Below are positions 27,462 to 37,933 of a stretch of DNA of 64,000 bases, in pieces. Below the pieces are notes generated by a model. That model did not search any database. It was not told where the DNA came from and saw nothing but the letters and a program-made list of their open reading frames with translations. The position numbers and the translations under genes are program-made. The stretch is from Promethearchaeota archaeon. Its GTDB lineage: Archaea; Asgardarchaeota; Lokiarchaeia; Sigyniarchaeales; SOKP01. Position 1 is the stretch's first letter. Every line of letters begins with the position of its first letter. The stretch lies in assembly GCA_019058445.1 (NCBI GenBank), contig JAHPZA010000010.1, forward strand, positions 64,001 through 128,000. Reading direction: 5' to 3'.

Positions 27462-30400
27462 ATATCAAATACAAAAAAAAATAAAAGAAGACTTGTAGTT
27501 TTATTTTTTCTCCTCGGATTAGCTTATGCAAACTTTGCTACTATTAACTTACTTAATTATTCAGGTATCTCAACAACTGAAAGCGGTTTAGACAATGATA
27601 TCTCTCCTTTAGACGAGAAAATAATTGAATCAGCCTCTTACTCTGACACTATTGAACAGGCTGGAGATAATATTCTGATCACCCAGCACCAATCAATCAA
27701 TAATACCGGGGATCCTCTCTATGAGATAACAGATTTTGACAGCACTCAAAATCGATCCTTTGAAGTGGATGCTCCTGCTGATGCTGATTTTAACTCATTA
27801 TATGCAGAGATAAAAGTGGAAGATATTTATGCTCCCAATAAAATTTTTATAGTCGAGAACGCTGGTTCTGGTAGAGAAAATACCAATAATATTGTTTTTG
27901 CTGGTTTTAGGGTGGGTAGTGATTGTACTCTATCAAATCTCTCAATAGAAGTAAGAAATAACGCCGGAACACAAGAACGATTTGATGTAAATATATATAA
28001 TGCAACATGGGATAATGGATATAATAGACCAGATACGGATCTAAATGGCATATTTACTGATGTCGATCAAATTCTTGTAAATCCTACGGGTTCATCAAAT
28101 GTATGGGTAATGTCTTCTATATTTAATTTTCCCTTAGATATTAGTAATACAGCCAATAATAGTTTCTTTGTTTCAGTCTCATCCATTCCAGGAAATGGTC
28201 AATGGGTATATGATGGAGATCCGGATGATAATTCAGATACCTTCTTAGGGGTAAGTGAGACTTGGACTGATCAAGATCAACATCTAATCTTGAATTTTAC
28301 TTTAGCTGACAACACCCCCACACCTGAAGCCATAAATATGAAGATAAATGGAACTGCAGTTGTTAATGGAGTTGGTAATGCTGGAACATGGACAAATAAT
28401 ACAGCCTTGCCAAGCAAAAATAATCAATTGAATTTCACGCTTGATGCTGGGTGGTGGGATGTCCAATGTAATATTACCAAGATTCAAGTTAATTATACTA
28501 AGACTAGCATATATGGAATTGCCAATTTTACAGCATCTACCACTGAGGATACGGTCTATTGGAATGTAACGATGAGCGATCTTATTAATGACTTTGAAGG
28601 AACATTTGAAAATCCCTACATAAATTTCACGATACCGTCTCACTGGCAAGATGTTCAAGTGTGGAATGGCGGTACGCAAAAAACTATTCTTATAACAAGA
28701 GAATTAGGCACAGGATACAATGAGACACAAGTTATTAATGCTGATAACGGTAACTTTTGGTTCTTGAACGCGACATCCTCAAATCTAATATCTGATACTC
28801 AGGGGATTCGGACATATGTGAATGATAATAATCTTGATACAATAGATTATACTAAAGAAATAGAAATTAATGCTACTTTTTCACAAAGTATAATAGATAA
28901 CAATGGAGAATTTAATCTAAGCATATATAACCATGATTTACCAAGAAATTTAAACCATAGTTTTGATCTTTCTATTTTTACAGGAGGAACAGAAATATAT
29001 ATTCAAAATTGGACTATTAGGGATAATGTAACTTTATATGAAAAGCTTAGAGTTCAAGTGTTATGGAGTAATGGGACTGATGTTGGGTTTCGAGAAAAAA
29101 TAATTACTATATTAGGAGAGACCGAAATTCAATCTTCCATACCAGTTGGAAAGACTACTTTCGACTCTGATGAACATTTTAATATCACAGTACTTTACAA
29201 CGATACCGGAAAGGAAGAGGGAATTTTTACCAATATGCTGAACTATAGTATAGAAGGAAATACATTCCGCAGTGATAGGATTAAATACATCGGTAATGGT
29301 GAATATAACATTACTATATACTGCAATGATAATGAATTTGGAGGATATGGACAGAAAAGCATAGTAATTCATGCAAATAAGACTTATTATCACAATCAAA
29401 CTGATACAGTCGATATTGAAATATTAGCAGATACCAGCTTCCAAATTTTAGCGGGAGCAGGACCTTCAAATTATGATTCAAATGAAATCTTCAATATTAC
29501 AATTGAATATAATGATACGGTGTTAGATCAAGGAATTGTTACAAATCAAATTAATTATAGTATTGATGGAAACGCATTTCGAGGAGATAATGTAGAATAT
29601 ATAGGTGATGGGCAATATAATATTACTATATATTGTAATGACACAGAGTTTGGAGATTACGGTCTAAAAACCATTTTAATCCATGCAAATAAAACTAGTT
29701 ATCACAATCGTACCGATACAGTTGATATTACAATTACAGGAGTCACAGAGTTGATTATTGAGAATCCTTCTCCAGATTCGTTGTATTATTCTACTGACAC
29801 GTTTAATATTACAGTTTACTATAGGGACATTTCAAGAGACCAAGGGATTTTTAGTGCCTCTAATCGAGAATATAAACTTAATGATACTGCTAATTATCGT
29901 TCAGATAACTGGAATGAACTCGAAAATGGTAGGTATAATATCACTATTAATTGTAATACTGTGGAATTTTATCCATATGGACAATATACTATTACTATTA
30001 ATCTCAGTAAAGGAAATTATTATGAAGCGAGTAAAACTCTTGATGTGATTTTAATAGGAAATACCTCTTTAGATATAATTAATCCAACAGGAACTCCTAC
30101 ATATCTTCCCGACGAAATATTTAATATTACAGTAAGTTTCGATGATGTTGTTAGAACTGAAGGTATAGGTAATGCTATGCTAAATTATTCTATAGATAAT
30201 GGGAACAATTATATTTGGGATAATATCACTTATATCGGAAATGGAAATTATAATTTGACAGTCTATTCAAGTGCATTTGGTAGTAACTATGGATTATTAA
30301 AAATCATAGTAAACACCTCTAAGGATTATTACATCAATAGGTCAGTTGAACTTGAGTTAAATAGGGTTATTGGAACTGAAATTATTCCATTTAATAATAT

Positions 30401-32468
30401 CGGAACAACTACTAGAGAACTTAATATAAGCTTTACATTTAATTATACTGATGTAAATGGGAATGTAGTTGATAATGCCAAATGGCTCGTTCCTGGGGCT
30501 GATTATGGTTTTGTGGGATCATTATCTCAGCAGGGTAATGGTAATTACACAATTGAGCTAAATACTAGCAATGTGGTTGCAAGTGAAACAGCTTACTCCT
30601 TTGTTTTTAGAATTTATGCTGATGGAAATTTATCTCAAGATATAACACTGATAATTACAGTGCTATTACCAAGAACAGAATTTGTAAATTTTACAAATAA
30701 TATCATTGGTGGAATAGTTCCTGCAGGATTCAATTTAACAATCACGTTCTACTTCAATGACACTCTTAAGAATAAACCAATAATAGGATTGGATTATAGA
30801 AACGTTTCTGTATGGGACTTAGAATATGATGTAAATTGGACAAGAGGATTTGGTTATATACTTTGGAATCATGGTAACGGGAACTATACTTTGAATATTA
30901 GTACTTCTGGGTTAACTGCTGGTAACCTATATAGAATCAGGATAACTCTTTCTTATACATCTCCTAATCCAGGACCATATAATGATACAATTAGAATCGT
31001 ACAATTTTATTATGCGAGCAGTACTACAATAACACCTTCTGATGGAGGAGGTGGTGGAGGTGGCGGAGGTGGCGGTACAACAGTGACAGGAATAGCTGCC
31101 GAAACACTTATGTTCTACATTATAATTATCGCTGCCGTAGTTGGGCTTGTAGCTGCTATCGTAGGTGTACAAAAAGGTGTAATTGCTCCAAAGAAGCGTG
31201 AAAAAGAAAGAATTCTACGAGAAGTAACAACGGTATTCGACGATGCCATTAATATGGAGCATCTACTTGTCATCTTTAAAGGTACTGGTACCTGTATATT
31301 CTTTAAATCCTATGGAATGGAGGAAATTGACCCTGAATTAATTAGCGGTTTCTTAACAGCCGTGTCTTCGTTTGGAAGAGAAATGGATTCTCAAGAAGCA
31401 TTAAATGAAATTAAATATGGCGATAAAATGCTTTTGTTAGCTGATGGACTATTTATCAGAGTCGCATTAGTATTAGAGAAAAGCGCTTCTATCATACTAC
31501 GTCAACACTTAAAAGATTTCATTGAGGCGTTTGAAATTGCCTACACTGATGAATTACCGAAATGGAAAGGGCAAATCAATGTTTTTAGAGATGCGGGAGA
31601 TCTCGTTGATGAAAAACTGCATACATCAATTATTTTACCTCATGAAATTAAATATGATTTAGGAAAAGTCAAGGCATTAAAAAATCCTCACTCTAAAGTC
31701 GTTTTAAAAGTCGCAAATAGTTTAGTCGATGAATCAGATCGGAAATTCTTCTTTATAGCCACCCTTTTAATTGAAGCTGTTGATAAAACCGGGAAAGATA
31801 AAGCAGAAATCTTTATGGGTATTAAGGAATTAAGAGACTCTGGATTATTATCAGCGATTCAATTAACAACTATCGAGGAACAACCGGTTTCTCAGCAGGA
31901 ATTGAATTTAATTAGCCAGAAACTTCAAGAAATACCAGACTTAACAGATGGAGAACGTCAGAAACTGGTAAATGATGTGGCAAAAATGAGTCCTGCGGAG
32001 AGAGAGGCATATATCTCAAGTTTAGCCGAGAAAAAGGAGATCGTATCTGCTCCTATTAAATCGAAAGCGGGGACTGTGGTAATAGATAATATCAAATCAG
32101 CAAAGAAAGAAGTTTCCAATCTTGTAAAGAAAGCGAAGTCAGAAATTAAAAAGAAAAACATTCAAAAAAGTATTGAAACATATCGAGAAGCTGCAGTTAT
32201 TGCGACAAATTGGGATTTAACCAAAGAATTTGAAGCTATTGAAGATAAAATTAGAATAATAACAATTAGCGATTTAAGGTCAAAAATGAAAGTTTTCGAA
32301 GCGGATGCTAAATTAGCAGCAAAAGCCGGAGATTATGCTGAAGCAGCTGAAAAATACAGTTTTGCATCTGATGCCGCATCAGAAATATTCAAGTTAGGAA
32401 TTACAGAAATGACCAAAGAAGTAAAACGTTTAACAAATAAATCCAAGGAATTTGAAAGACTAAGTTAA
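27462..32468 (+). CDS. Large single-pass cell-surface glycoprotein with Ig-like repeats and a cytoplasmic longin-like domain (start probably at 27450-27462, upstream of the track's GTG 27765)
   Basis: The frame is open back to 27438 and encodes a signal peptide (KKNKRRLVVLFFLLGLAYA). Many NxS/T sequons, roughly 104-aa repeats, a Gly11 linker, a TM helix (FYIIIIAAVVGLVAAIVGV), then a DPELISGFLTAVSSFG module and a helical C-terminus. Confidence 0.8.
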   Translation: MSNTKKNKRRLVVLFFLLGLAYANFATINLLNYSGISTTESGLDNDISPLDEKIIESASYSDTIEQAGDNILITQHQSINNTGDPLYEITDFDSTQNRSFEVDAPADADFNSLYAEIKVEDIYAPNKIFIVENAGSGRENTNNIVFAGFRVGSDCTLSNLSIEVRNNAGTQERFDVNIYNATWDNGYNRPDTDLNGIFTDVDQILVNPTGSSNVWVMSSIFNFPLDISNTANNSFFVSVSSIPGNGQWVYDGDPDDNSDTFLGVSETWTDQDQHLILNFTLADNTPTPEAINMKINGTAVVNGVGNAGTWTNNTALPSKNNQLNFTLDAGWWDVQCNITKIQVNYTKTSIYGIANFTASTTEDTVYWNVTMSDLINDFEGTFENPYINFTIPSHWQDVQVWNGGTQKTILITRELGTGYNETQVINADNGNFWFLNATSSNLISDTQGIRTYVNDNNLDTIDYTKEIEINATFSQSIIDNNGEFNLSIYNHDLPRNLNHSFDLSIFTGGTEIYIQNWTIRDNVTLYEKLRVQVLWSNGTDVGFREKIITILGETEIQSSIPVGKTTFDSDEHFNITVLYNDTGKEEGIFTNMLNYSIEGNTFRSDRIKYIGNGEYNITIYCNDNEFGGYGQKSIVIHANKTYYHNQTDTVDIEILADTSFQILAGAGPSNYDSNEIFNITIEYNDTVLDQGIVTNQINYSIDGNAFRGDNVEYIGDGQYNITIYCNDTEFGDYGLKTILIHANKTSYHNRTDTVDITITGVTELIIENPSPDSLYYSTDTFNITVYYRDISRDQGIFSASNREYKLNDTANYRSDNWNELENGRYNITINCNTVEFYPYGQYTITINLSKGNYYEASKTLDVILIGNTSLDIINPTGTPTYLPDEIFNITVSFDDVVRTEGIGNAMLNYSIDNGNNYIWDNITYIGNGNYNLTVYSSAFGSNYGLLKIIVNTSKDYYINRSVELELNRVIGTEIIPFNNIGTTTRELNISFTFNYTDVNGNVVDNAKWLVPGADYGFVGSLSQQGNGNYTIELNTSNVVASETAYSFVFRIYADGNLSQDITLIITVLLPRTEFVNFTNNIIGGIVPAGFNLTITFYFNDTLKNKPIIGLDYRNVSVWDLEYDVNWTRGFGYILWNHGNGNYTLNISTSGLTAGNLYRIRITLSYTSPNPGPYNDTIRIVQFYYASSTTITPSDGGGGGGGGGGGTTVTGIAAETLMFYIIIIAAVVGLVAAIVGVQKGVIAPKKREKERILREVTTVFDDAINMEHLLVIFKGTGTCIFFKSYGMEEIDPELISGFLTAVSSFGREMDSQEALNEIKYGDKMLLLADGLFIRVALVLEKSASIILRQHLKDFIEAFEIAYTDELPKWKGQINVFRDAGDLVDEKLHTSIILPHEIKYDLGKVKALKNPHSKVVLKVANSLVDESDRKFFFIATLLIEAVDKTGKDKAEIFMGIKELRDSGLLSAIQLTTIEEQPVSQQELNLISQKLQEIPDLTDGERQKLVNDVAKMSPAEREAYISSLAEKKEIVSAPIKSKAGTVVIDNIKSAKKEVSNLVKKAKSEIKKKNIQKSIETYREAAVIATNWDLTKEFEAIEDKIRIITISDLRSKMKVFEADAKLAAKAGDYAEAAEKYSFASDAASEIFKLGITEMTKEVKRLTNKSKEFERLS
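29110..31010 (+). repeat. About six tandem, roughly 104-aa beta-sandwich (Ig-like) repeats within the surface protein
   Basis: Recurring FNITVxYxD...GI...xGNGxYNITI motif. Repeats 1 and 2 are close (YNITIYCND-EFG-YG-K-I-IHANKT-YHN-TDTVDI). Confidence 0.75.
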
Positions 32469-32657
32469 TTTTTTTTTAAATCTATTTTTTATTTTAATTT
32501 TTTTCCTATTTTTGATTCTAATACTACTAATTTATTCTTGATTTCTATAAATCTTCGACTTCTAAGTAAAAAAACTTGAATCCAACTTTTATTGAAATTT
32601 TAAATACGATAATTGATTATGTGAATGTAATAAATTTCTTTTTTTAAGGGAGAAAAA

Positions 32658-32891
32658 TTGGAAATTCCAGCAGAAATTATAGATAATATTGAACGAATTG
32701 TATTGAAAATCTTATATGATGAAAAAGCGATCAAATCTACCAATTTATTAATTGATCGGGTATTGGAGATAACTTTTGAAGAAAAAGTTACTATATCTGA
32801 AAAAAATATAAAATTCATAATAAATAAAATGGACAAAGAAGATAAAATTCAATTTACGCAATCTAAAGGTGGATGGAGAATAAAAATTTAA
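32658..32891 (+). CDS. Small hypothetical protein, possibly winged-helix
   Basis: GGGAG RBS and TTG start. Helix-helix-helix-beta hairpin pattern ending in IQFTQSKGGWRI. Confidence 0.55.
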   Translation: MEIPAEIIDNIERIVLKILYDEKAIKSTNLLIDRVLEITFEEKVTISEKNIKFIINKMDKEDKIQFTQSKGGWRIKI

Positions 32892-32914
32892 TTCTCCTTC
32901 AATAAAAATTCAGA

Positions 32915-34243
32915 TTAAGGTTCCCCGATTCCTCCCTCGGTAATTGTAAACACTGCTTCACTTTCAGGTAGATTTGGAGCATCAACAACCTTAGCAATTC
33001 TCTGTTCTCCTTTCCCTTTTCTAAGGAAAATCCTAATTGTAGTTCCATGAGCAACAACATGCCCCCCTGTATGAGTTGTAGGGTTACCATAAAAAACATC
33101 TGGTTTAGATGATACTTGATTCGTGACCACTACTGCGAGATCGCTATGAATATCGCATAATCTTAACAGATCATGGATATGCTGATTGATAAGCTGTTGC
33201 CGGCTAGCTAGTGTACCTCTACCAACGTATTCAGATCGAAAATGACCGATAAGTGAGTCAACTATAATCAATTTTATATTCTTTTCTTTAATAAGATTTG
33301 CGGAATCTTTAACTAGGAGTATCTGATGATCACTATTATAGGCACGGCCAAAGATGATATTTTTTAGAATTTTTTTATAATCTAAATCTAAAGCTTCTGC
33401 CATTTGAATTATTCTTTCTGGTCGAAAAGTTCCTTCTGTATCAATATATAATGCATTGCCTTCAAGACCTCCTTGTTCTTTTGGAAGTTGAACATTTACA
33501 CAGAGCTGATGCATGATCTGAGTTTTTCCTGTTCTAAACTCACCAAAAAACTCAGTCACACTACCAGTTTCTATTCCACCACCAAGTAGATCATCAAATT
33601 CTTTATTATTTGTTGTAACTCGTGCAATATTTTTCCGATGCTCCCATATTTCCTCTCCTGATTTAAATCCAATCCCTAATTTATCCATACTAGCTTTAAT
33701 CAGCTTAGCTGTAGATTTTTCCCCTAACCCACTATCTTCCTGAATTATCTTTGGAGGAGTATATGCGATTGCTTCCAAGGAGTTAAAGCCTGCTTTTATG
33801 AGTTTGTTCAGAGTGGCTTCTCCTACACCAGGTAATGCTTTCACAGCTTTTATACATTCATCTAAACTATTTATTGACGAGTCTTTAATACTAACTGCTT
33901 TATTATCTTCAACATCTGACTCATCCTCGTCAATAAACACATCTTCGAAGTCTTCTCCATCTTCTAATTCCTCTTCGTATTCTAATTCTTCAAATGCTTC
34001 AATTAATTCCTTTTCATCGTCATATTCCTCATGATCAGCATCTGAATTCGCACTTGGAGTTTCACTCTCAGTACCTTCATTCTCTTTAATTAATTTAATG
34101 ATATCTTTCTTTCGTGCCTTTGATGGAAGATCAATATTTTTTTCTGCAGCATAACTTTTTAAATCTTTCACAGTTAGTGCATCAAGATCTATCATATTAT
34201 CTTCATTTTCTCTATTATTTTTTGTTTCTACTGCTTTTGCCAT
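32915..34243 (-). CDS. radA: DNA repair and recombination protein RadA with an N-terminal extension
   Basis: HhH (LPGVGEAT), Walker A GEFRTGKTQ, YIDTEGTFRPER, Walker B LIIVDS, GRGTLASRQQ, VVVTNQV. Confidence 0.95.
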   Translation of the reverse strand: MAKAVETKNNRENEDNMIDLDALTVKDLKSYAAEKNIDLPSKARKKDIIKLIKENEGTESETPSANSDADHEEYDDEKELIEAFEELEYEEELEDGEDFEDVFIDEDESDVEDNKAVSIKDSSINSLDECIKAVKALPGVGEATLNKLIKAGFNSLEAIAYTPPKIIQEDSGLGEKSTAKLIKASMDKLGIGFKSGEEIWEHRKNIARVTTNNKEFDDLLGGGIETGSVTEFFGEFRTGKTQIMHQLCVNVQLPKEQGGLEGNALYIDTEGTFRPERIIQMAEALDLDYKKILKNIIFGRAYNSDHQILLVKDSANLIKEKNIKLIIVDSLIGHFRSEYVGRGTLASRQQLINQHIHDLLRLCDIHSDLAVVVTNQVSSKPDVFYGNPTTHTGGHVVAHGTTIRIFLRKGKGEQRIAKVVDAPNLPESEAVFTITEGGIGEP

Positions 34244-34444
34244 AATTTTTCACGTATTATATAAATTTTTAGAGTAGTTTTTATATTTGTTTCTAATTAT
34301 GTTCTATCTGTAATTACGCTTATTTTAAAGAAAATAGACCATTAATTTTCAAATTTGTATTGAAAATAAATAATCTTAAAAACACAAAAAAGAAAAAGCT
34401 GACTAAATCTGAGTTTCTATTAACCAGAAATATAAAAAGAATTT

Positions 34445-34807
34445 CTAAGTAATATTCTTTATTTGTTCCGCGGTCTTTCTAAGCTCTATAAATGCAGTGT
34501 CCATACGAGCATCAACGTCTAAGCACACAGCAACTATTAACTCCTCATTACAGGCCATTACTATGAAGTTTCCTTGATTACCCTGAAGTATACACAAATC
34601 AAGCACTCCCGATTTTAATTCGAGGAGGACTCGCTCTGCAACACTCAATATGGTAGCCGTCATCGCAGCTAGTTTAATATCGGAGATACCTTCTTCTAAA
34701 ATTGATTGAACGATAAGACCTTCGGCAGAAACTACCGCAGAAGATTTGATACCATCGATATTTTCGTGAAGCGTTTGCAAGAGAAAAAGTAACTGTTCAT
34801 CTGACAT
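34445..34807 (-). CDS. Roadblock/LC7 (MglB-like) domain protein
   Basis: SAVVSAEGLIVQS...KLAAMTATILSVAERVLLEL...ILQGNQGNFIVM. Confidence 0.9.
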   Translation of the reverse strand: MSDEQLLFLLQTLHENIDGIKSSAVVSAEGLIVQSILEEGISDIKLAAMTATILSVAERVLLELKSGVLDLCILQGNQGNFIVMACNEELIVAVCLDVDARMDTAFIELRKTAEQIKNIT

Positions 34808-34980
34808 AGGTAAGCATTAGTTGAAATTTAAATTAATTAATTAATAATATTATTCTAATTTTAATGTTTTTATTTGGAAATTTTGGTTTATGTAAATTAA
34901 AGTTTATATTAATAAAAATAAAAACATTATAAAAATATAGCTAAATCGAAAAAAAGATATTTTCTATTTGTGAGATTCAT

Positions 34981-36219
34981 ATGAGGTTTGGTATAAATTG
35001 TGAATATTATCCAAATATAACAAGTGAGATACTCGAAAATGGCCTAAAATTAGTTAGGAAAAATAAAATAAAGTGGGATGAACCATTTTTTAAGGACACA
35101 AAATCATATTTAAATTTAAAGGAGATTAAACAAGTTTCACACTCATTTTTAAATGAAAAATTAAAAAATATAATTGTTTTAGGAACAGGAGGCTCAATAC
35201 AAACACTATTAGCGTTAGAGCATTTATCCCAGAAAAAAATTTATCCAATATCAAGTTCACGGCCGTTAGAGTTAGAAAATTGTTTAAATAATACAAATAT
35301 AGAAGATTCTGTGGTTATTCCAATATCAAGAGGAGGAGAAACTTTAGATATAAATTCCACAATTGGAATATTTGTAAAAAAGGGTTATAAATTTCTGGGA
35401 TTATCTTCAAAAGGCACCATGAATGAGATTTTAAAGAAATTAGGCTGCCCTATTTTAAATGTTCCTGATCTTTCAGGACGGTTTGCAGGTTCTATTTCAA
35501 ATGTTGGAATTGTTCCTGCTTATTTCTCTGGAATTAATATAGAAGATTTTTTAATTGGATTGGAACAAGGATATAAGATTTTCATGAATTTTGATTTTAA
35601 TCCTGCATTAGAATTTGCGATCTTTTTATATGAGTTATATAAAAAAGAATATAAAGTAGTTTTTTCTATGCCCTATTCAAGAAATCTTGAGGGTAGCGTT
35701 GGATTATTTGTGCAAGAAATTTCAGAAAGTACTGGAAAGGAGGGAAAAGGATTAATGGGGGCTTATCAATCTGCACCTATATGTCAGCACTCTGTTTTGG
35801 AATACTTGTTGGGGGGTACTAAAGGATCTGTTATTCCAATTTTATGGGTTATCGAAAATGAAATTCCAGACATCAGCCTTGAATCTTCAATTGATTATGT
35901 TAACAAACATTCAGCCCAAACTATTATAAATTATCAAGCAGATGCCACTATTCAAGCTTTACTTGAACAGGGAGTTCCATCTGCTAAGATATCACTTAAC
36001 TCTCCAAGCGAGGCTAATATGGGACATTTAATTTCATTCATCCAGTCTACAATTTATTATTTATGTATATTGTTGGATGTTGATTGGGCTTCTAATCCAA
36101 AAGTCGTCATTGGAAAGAAGATTTGTAATGAGGCTTTAAAAAATAAAGCGTCCACAGAACAAAGAAGAAGAGAACGAGAAAATGTTGCGGAAAGTAGCTT
36201 TCAAAATTTTTTTGGTTAA
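34981..36219 (+). CDS. Glucose-6-phosphate isomerase-like (SIS domain) protein
   Basis: VLGTGGS, ISRGGETLD, LSGRF, QEISESTGKEGKG, NPKVVIGK. Confidence 0.72.
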   Translation: MRFGINCEYYPNITSEILENGLKLVRKNKIKWDEPFFKDTKSYLNLKEIKQVSHSFLNEKLKNIIVLGTGGSIQTLLALEHLSQKKIYPISSSRPLELENCLNNTNIEDSVVIPISRGGETLDINSTIGIFVKKGYKFLGLSSKGTMNEILKKLGCPILNVPDLSGRFAGSISNVGIVPAYFSGINIEDFLIGLEQGYKIFMNFDFNPALEFAIFLYELYKKEYKVVFSMPYSRNLEGSVGLFVQEISESTGKEGKGLMGAYQSAPICQHSVLEYLLGGTKGSVIPILWVIENEIPDISLESSIDYVNKHSAQTIINYQADATIQALLEQGVPSAKISLNSPSEANMGHLISFIQSTIYYLCILLDVDWASNPKVVIGKKICNEALKNKASTEQRRRERENVAESSFQNFFG

Positions 36220-36225
36220 TTTTAC

Positions 36226-37668
36226 CTAACTTTGATTAATAAATGCGTCATATAGCACATTAACTGCTTTCCTACAATCCTTCCTCTCTACAATTATAGT
36301 AATATTTAATTCAGAAGATCCTTGAGCTATTGCTCTCACGTTGATATTATTATTACCGAGTGTAGTGAAAACTTTTCCTGCGATACCTGGTGTATGTAGC
36401 ATGCCGGCACCAATCACTGCTATTAAGGAAATATCATGATCAATTTTAATGTTGAACCATTGTTTTCCAAATAAATCTGAATTTCTAAGTAAAAAGCTTA
36501 CTTTCATTGCATCTTCAATATCTATTCCAAAAGTGATATTATTTTCTGAAGAACTCTGAGATATAAACTTGATATTGATATTATCATTACCTAATAATGA
36601 AAATAGTTTAGATACTGTTCCAGGCAAGGATATCATTGTACCGCTTTCGATGGTTACCATTGAAAGTCTTTCTATTGAAGTTATTGCTTTAATTATTTTT
36701 TCATCTCTAATAACTTCTTTTGTAATAGTAGTAAATTCTTCCGATTCAGGATTTTCAAAAGTTCTAATCTCTGATGGAATGCTTCTTTTTTCATTTACAT
36801 CAAGACAAACAGGATGAAGTACTTTCGATCCGAAAAAGGCAAGTTCCTTAGCTTCGATATATGATATATTCTTCAATAATGCTGTTTTTTTTGAGATTCG
36901 AGGATCAGCATTTAAAAATCCTCTCACATCTTTCCAATATATAACTTTTACATTATATTTGGACTTTAAGCAATATGCTACGATAGCTGCGGTTAAATCC
37001 GTCCCACCTCTTCCAAGTGTAGTAATTTTTTTATCTTTTGTTGAGCCATAAAAACCTGTAATACATATCAAATCGATAGCATCTGATTCTAAAATAGGAA
37101 TTACATTTTTTATAAATAATTCTTCAGTCTCATCTAATAAAGGAAGCGCTCTCCCAAAATTATCATCAGTTATAATAAACTCATCAGAAGAGATAAATTG
37201 TGATTTTATCCCACACTCTTGAGAATTAATATATTGAGAAACAATAAAAGTACTTAATTTTTCTCCATACGATACAATAATATCTTGAATATCCATACTA
37301 GGTCGAAGCAATCTAACAATTCGCCCTAATTGACTCAATTCTTCAATATTATCATCTAAAAAATCTAATGAATCATTATATTCTGGTTTGTTTTCATTAA
37401 AGATTTCATCTATTGTATTTTTATGCATATTATAAATATTTTCAAGTAGATATTCACATTCAGTAGCTTCATCACATGACTTTTTATAGAAGTTTATGAG
37501 TTTATCCGTTATCCCCTTTAAAGCAGATGTAACAATTATCAATTTAGATTCTTTTATATACATTTGAATTATTTTCATTGTTTGATTGAAAGATTTAGCA
37601 TCTTGTAAGCATGAACCGCCAAATTTCATAACAATTAAATTTCCATTATAGTGAGACATCACAATCAC
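36226..37668 (-). CDS. lysC: Aspartate kinase with two ACT domains
   Basis: MKFGGS, SYGEKLS, TTLGRGGTD, EAKELAFFGSKVLHP, IAQGSSELNI. Confidence 0.93.
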   Translation of the reverse strand: MIVMSHYNGNLIVMKFGGSCLQDAKSFNQTMKIIQMYIKESKLIIVTSALKGITDKLINFYKKSCDEATECEYLLENIYNMHKNTIDEIFNENKPEYNDSLDFLDDNIEELSQLGRIVRLLRPSMDIQDIIVSYGEKLSTFIVSQYINSQECGIKSQFISSDEFIITDDNFGRALPLLDETEELFIKNVIPILESDAIDLICITGFYGSTKDKKITTLGRGGTDLTAAIVAYCLKSKYNVKVIYWKDVRGFLNADPRISKKTALLKNISYIEAKELAFFGSKVLHPVCLDVNEKRSIPSEIRTFENPESEEFTTITKEVIRDEKIIKAITSIERLSMVTIESGTMISLPGTVSKLFSLLGNDNINIKFISQSSSENNITFGIDIEDAMKVSFLLRNSDLFGKQWFNIKIDHDISLIAVIGAGMLHTPGIAGKVFTTLGNNNINVRAIAQGSSELNITIIVERKDCRKAVNVLYDAFINQS

Positions 37669-37933
37669 AATATGTATTTCTATAATCTTCTCTATTAAAA
37701 AGAATTGACAAAGACTATTAGATTTTATGTTTGAGTTACAATAAAAGAAAAAAGAATTTTAAAGGATTATAAAATTAAATTCATTCTAAAAATTATTATT
37801 CCTTCTTTTATGATTATTGTTCCTACATATTTGTAAGTTGGATAAAATAAAAAAACCTATAAGTTATTTTTAAGGTATATATCCTATTAATTAATCAGAT
37901 CTATATTTGCAAATTAAAAATAATTGATTAATT

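Noticed and set aside
32600-33099. Minus-strand ORFs 32600..32836 and 32899..33099
   Set aside because: They overlap the better-supported 32658..32891 gene and radA, and show no recognisable motifs.
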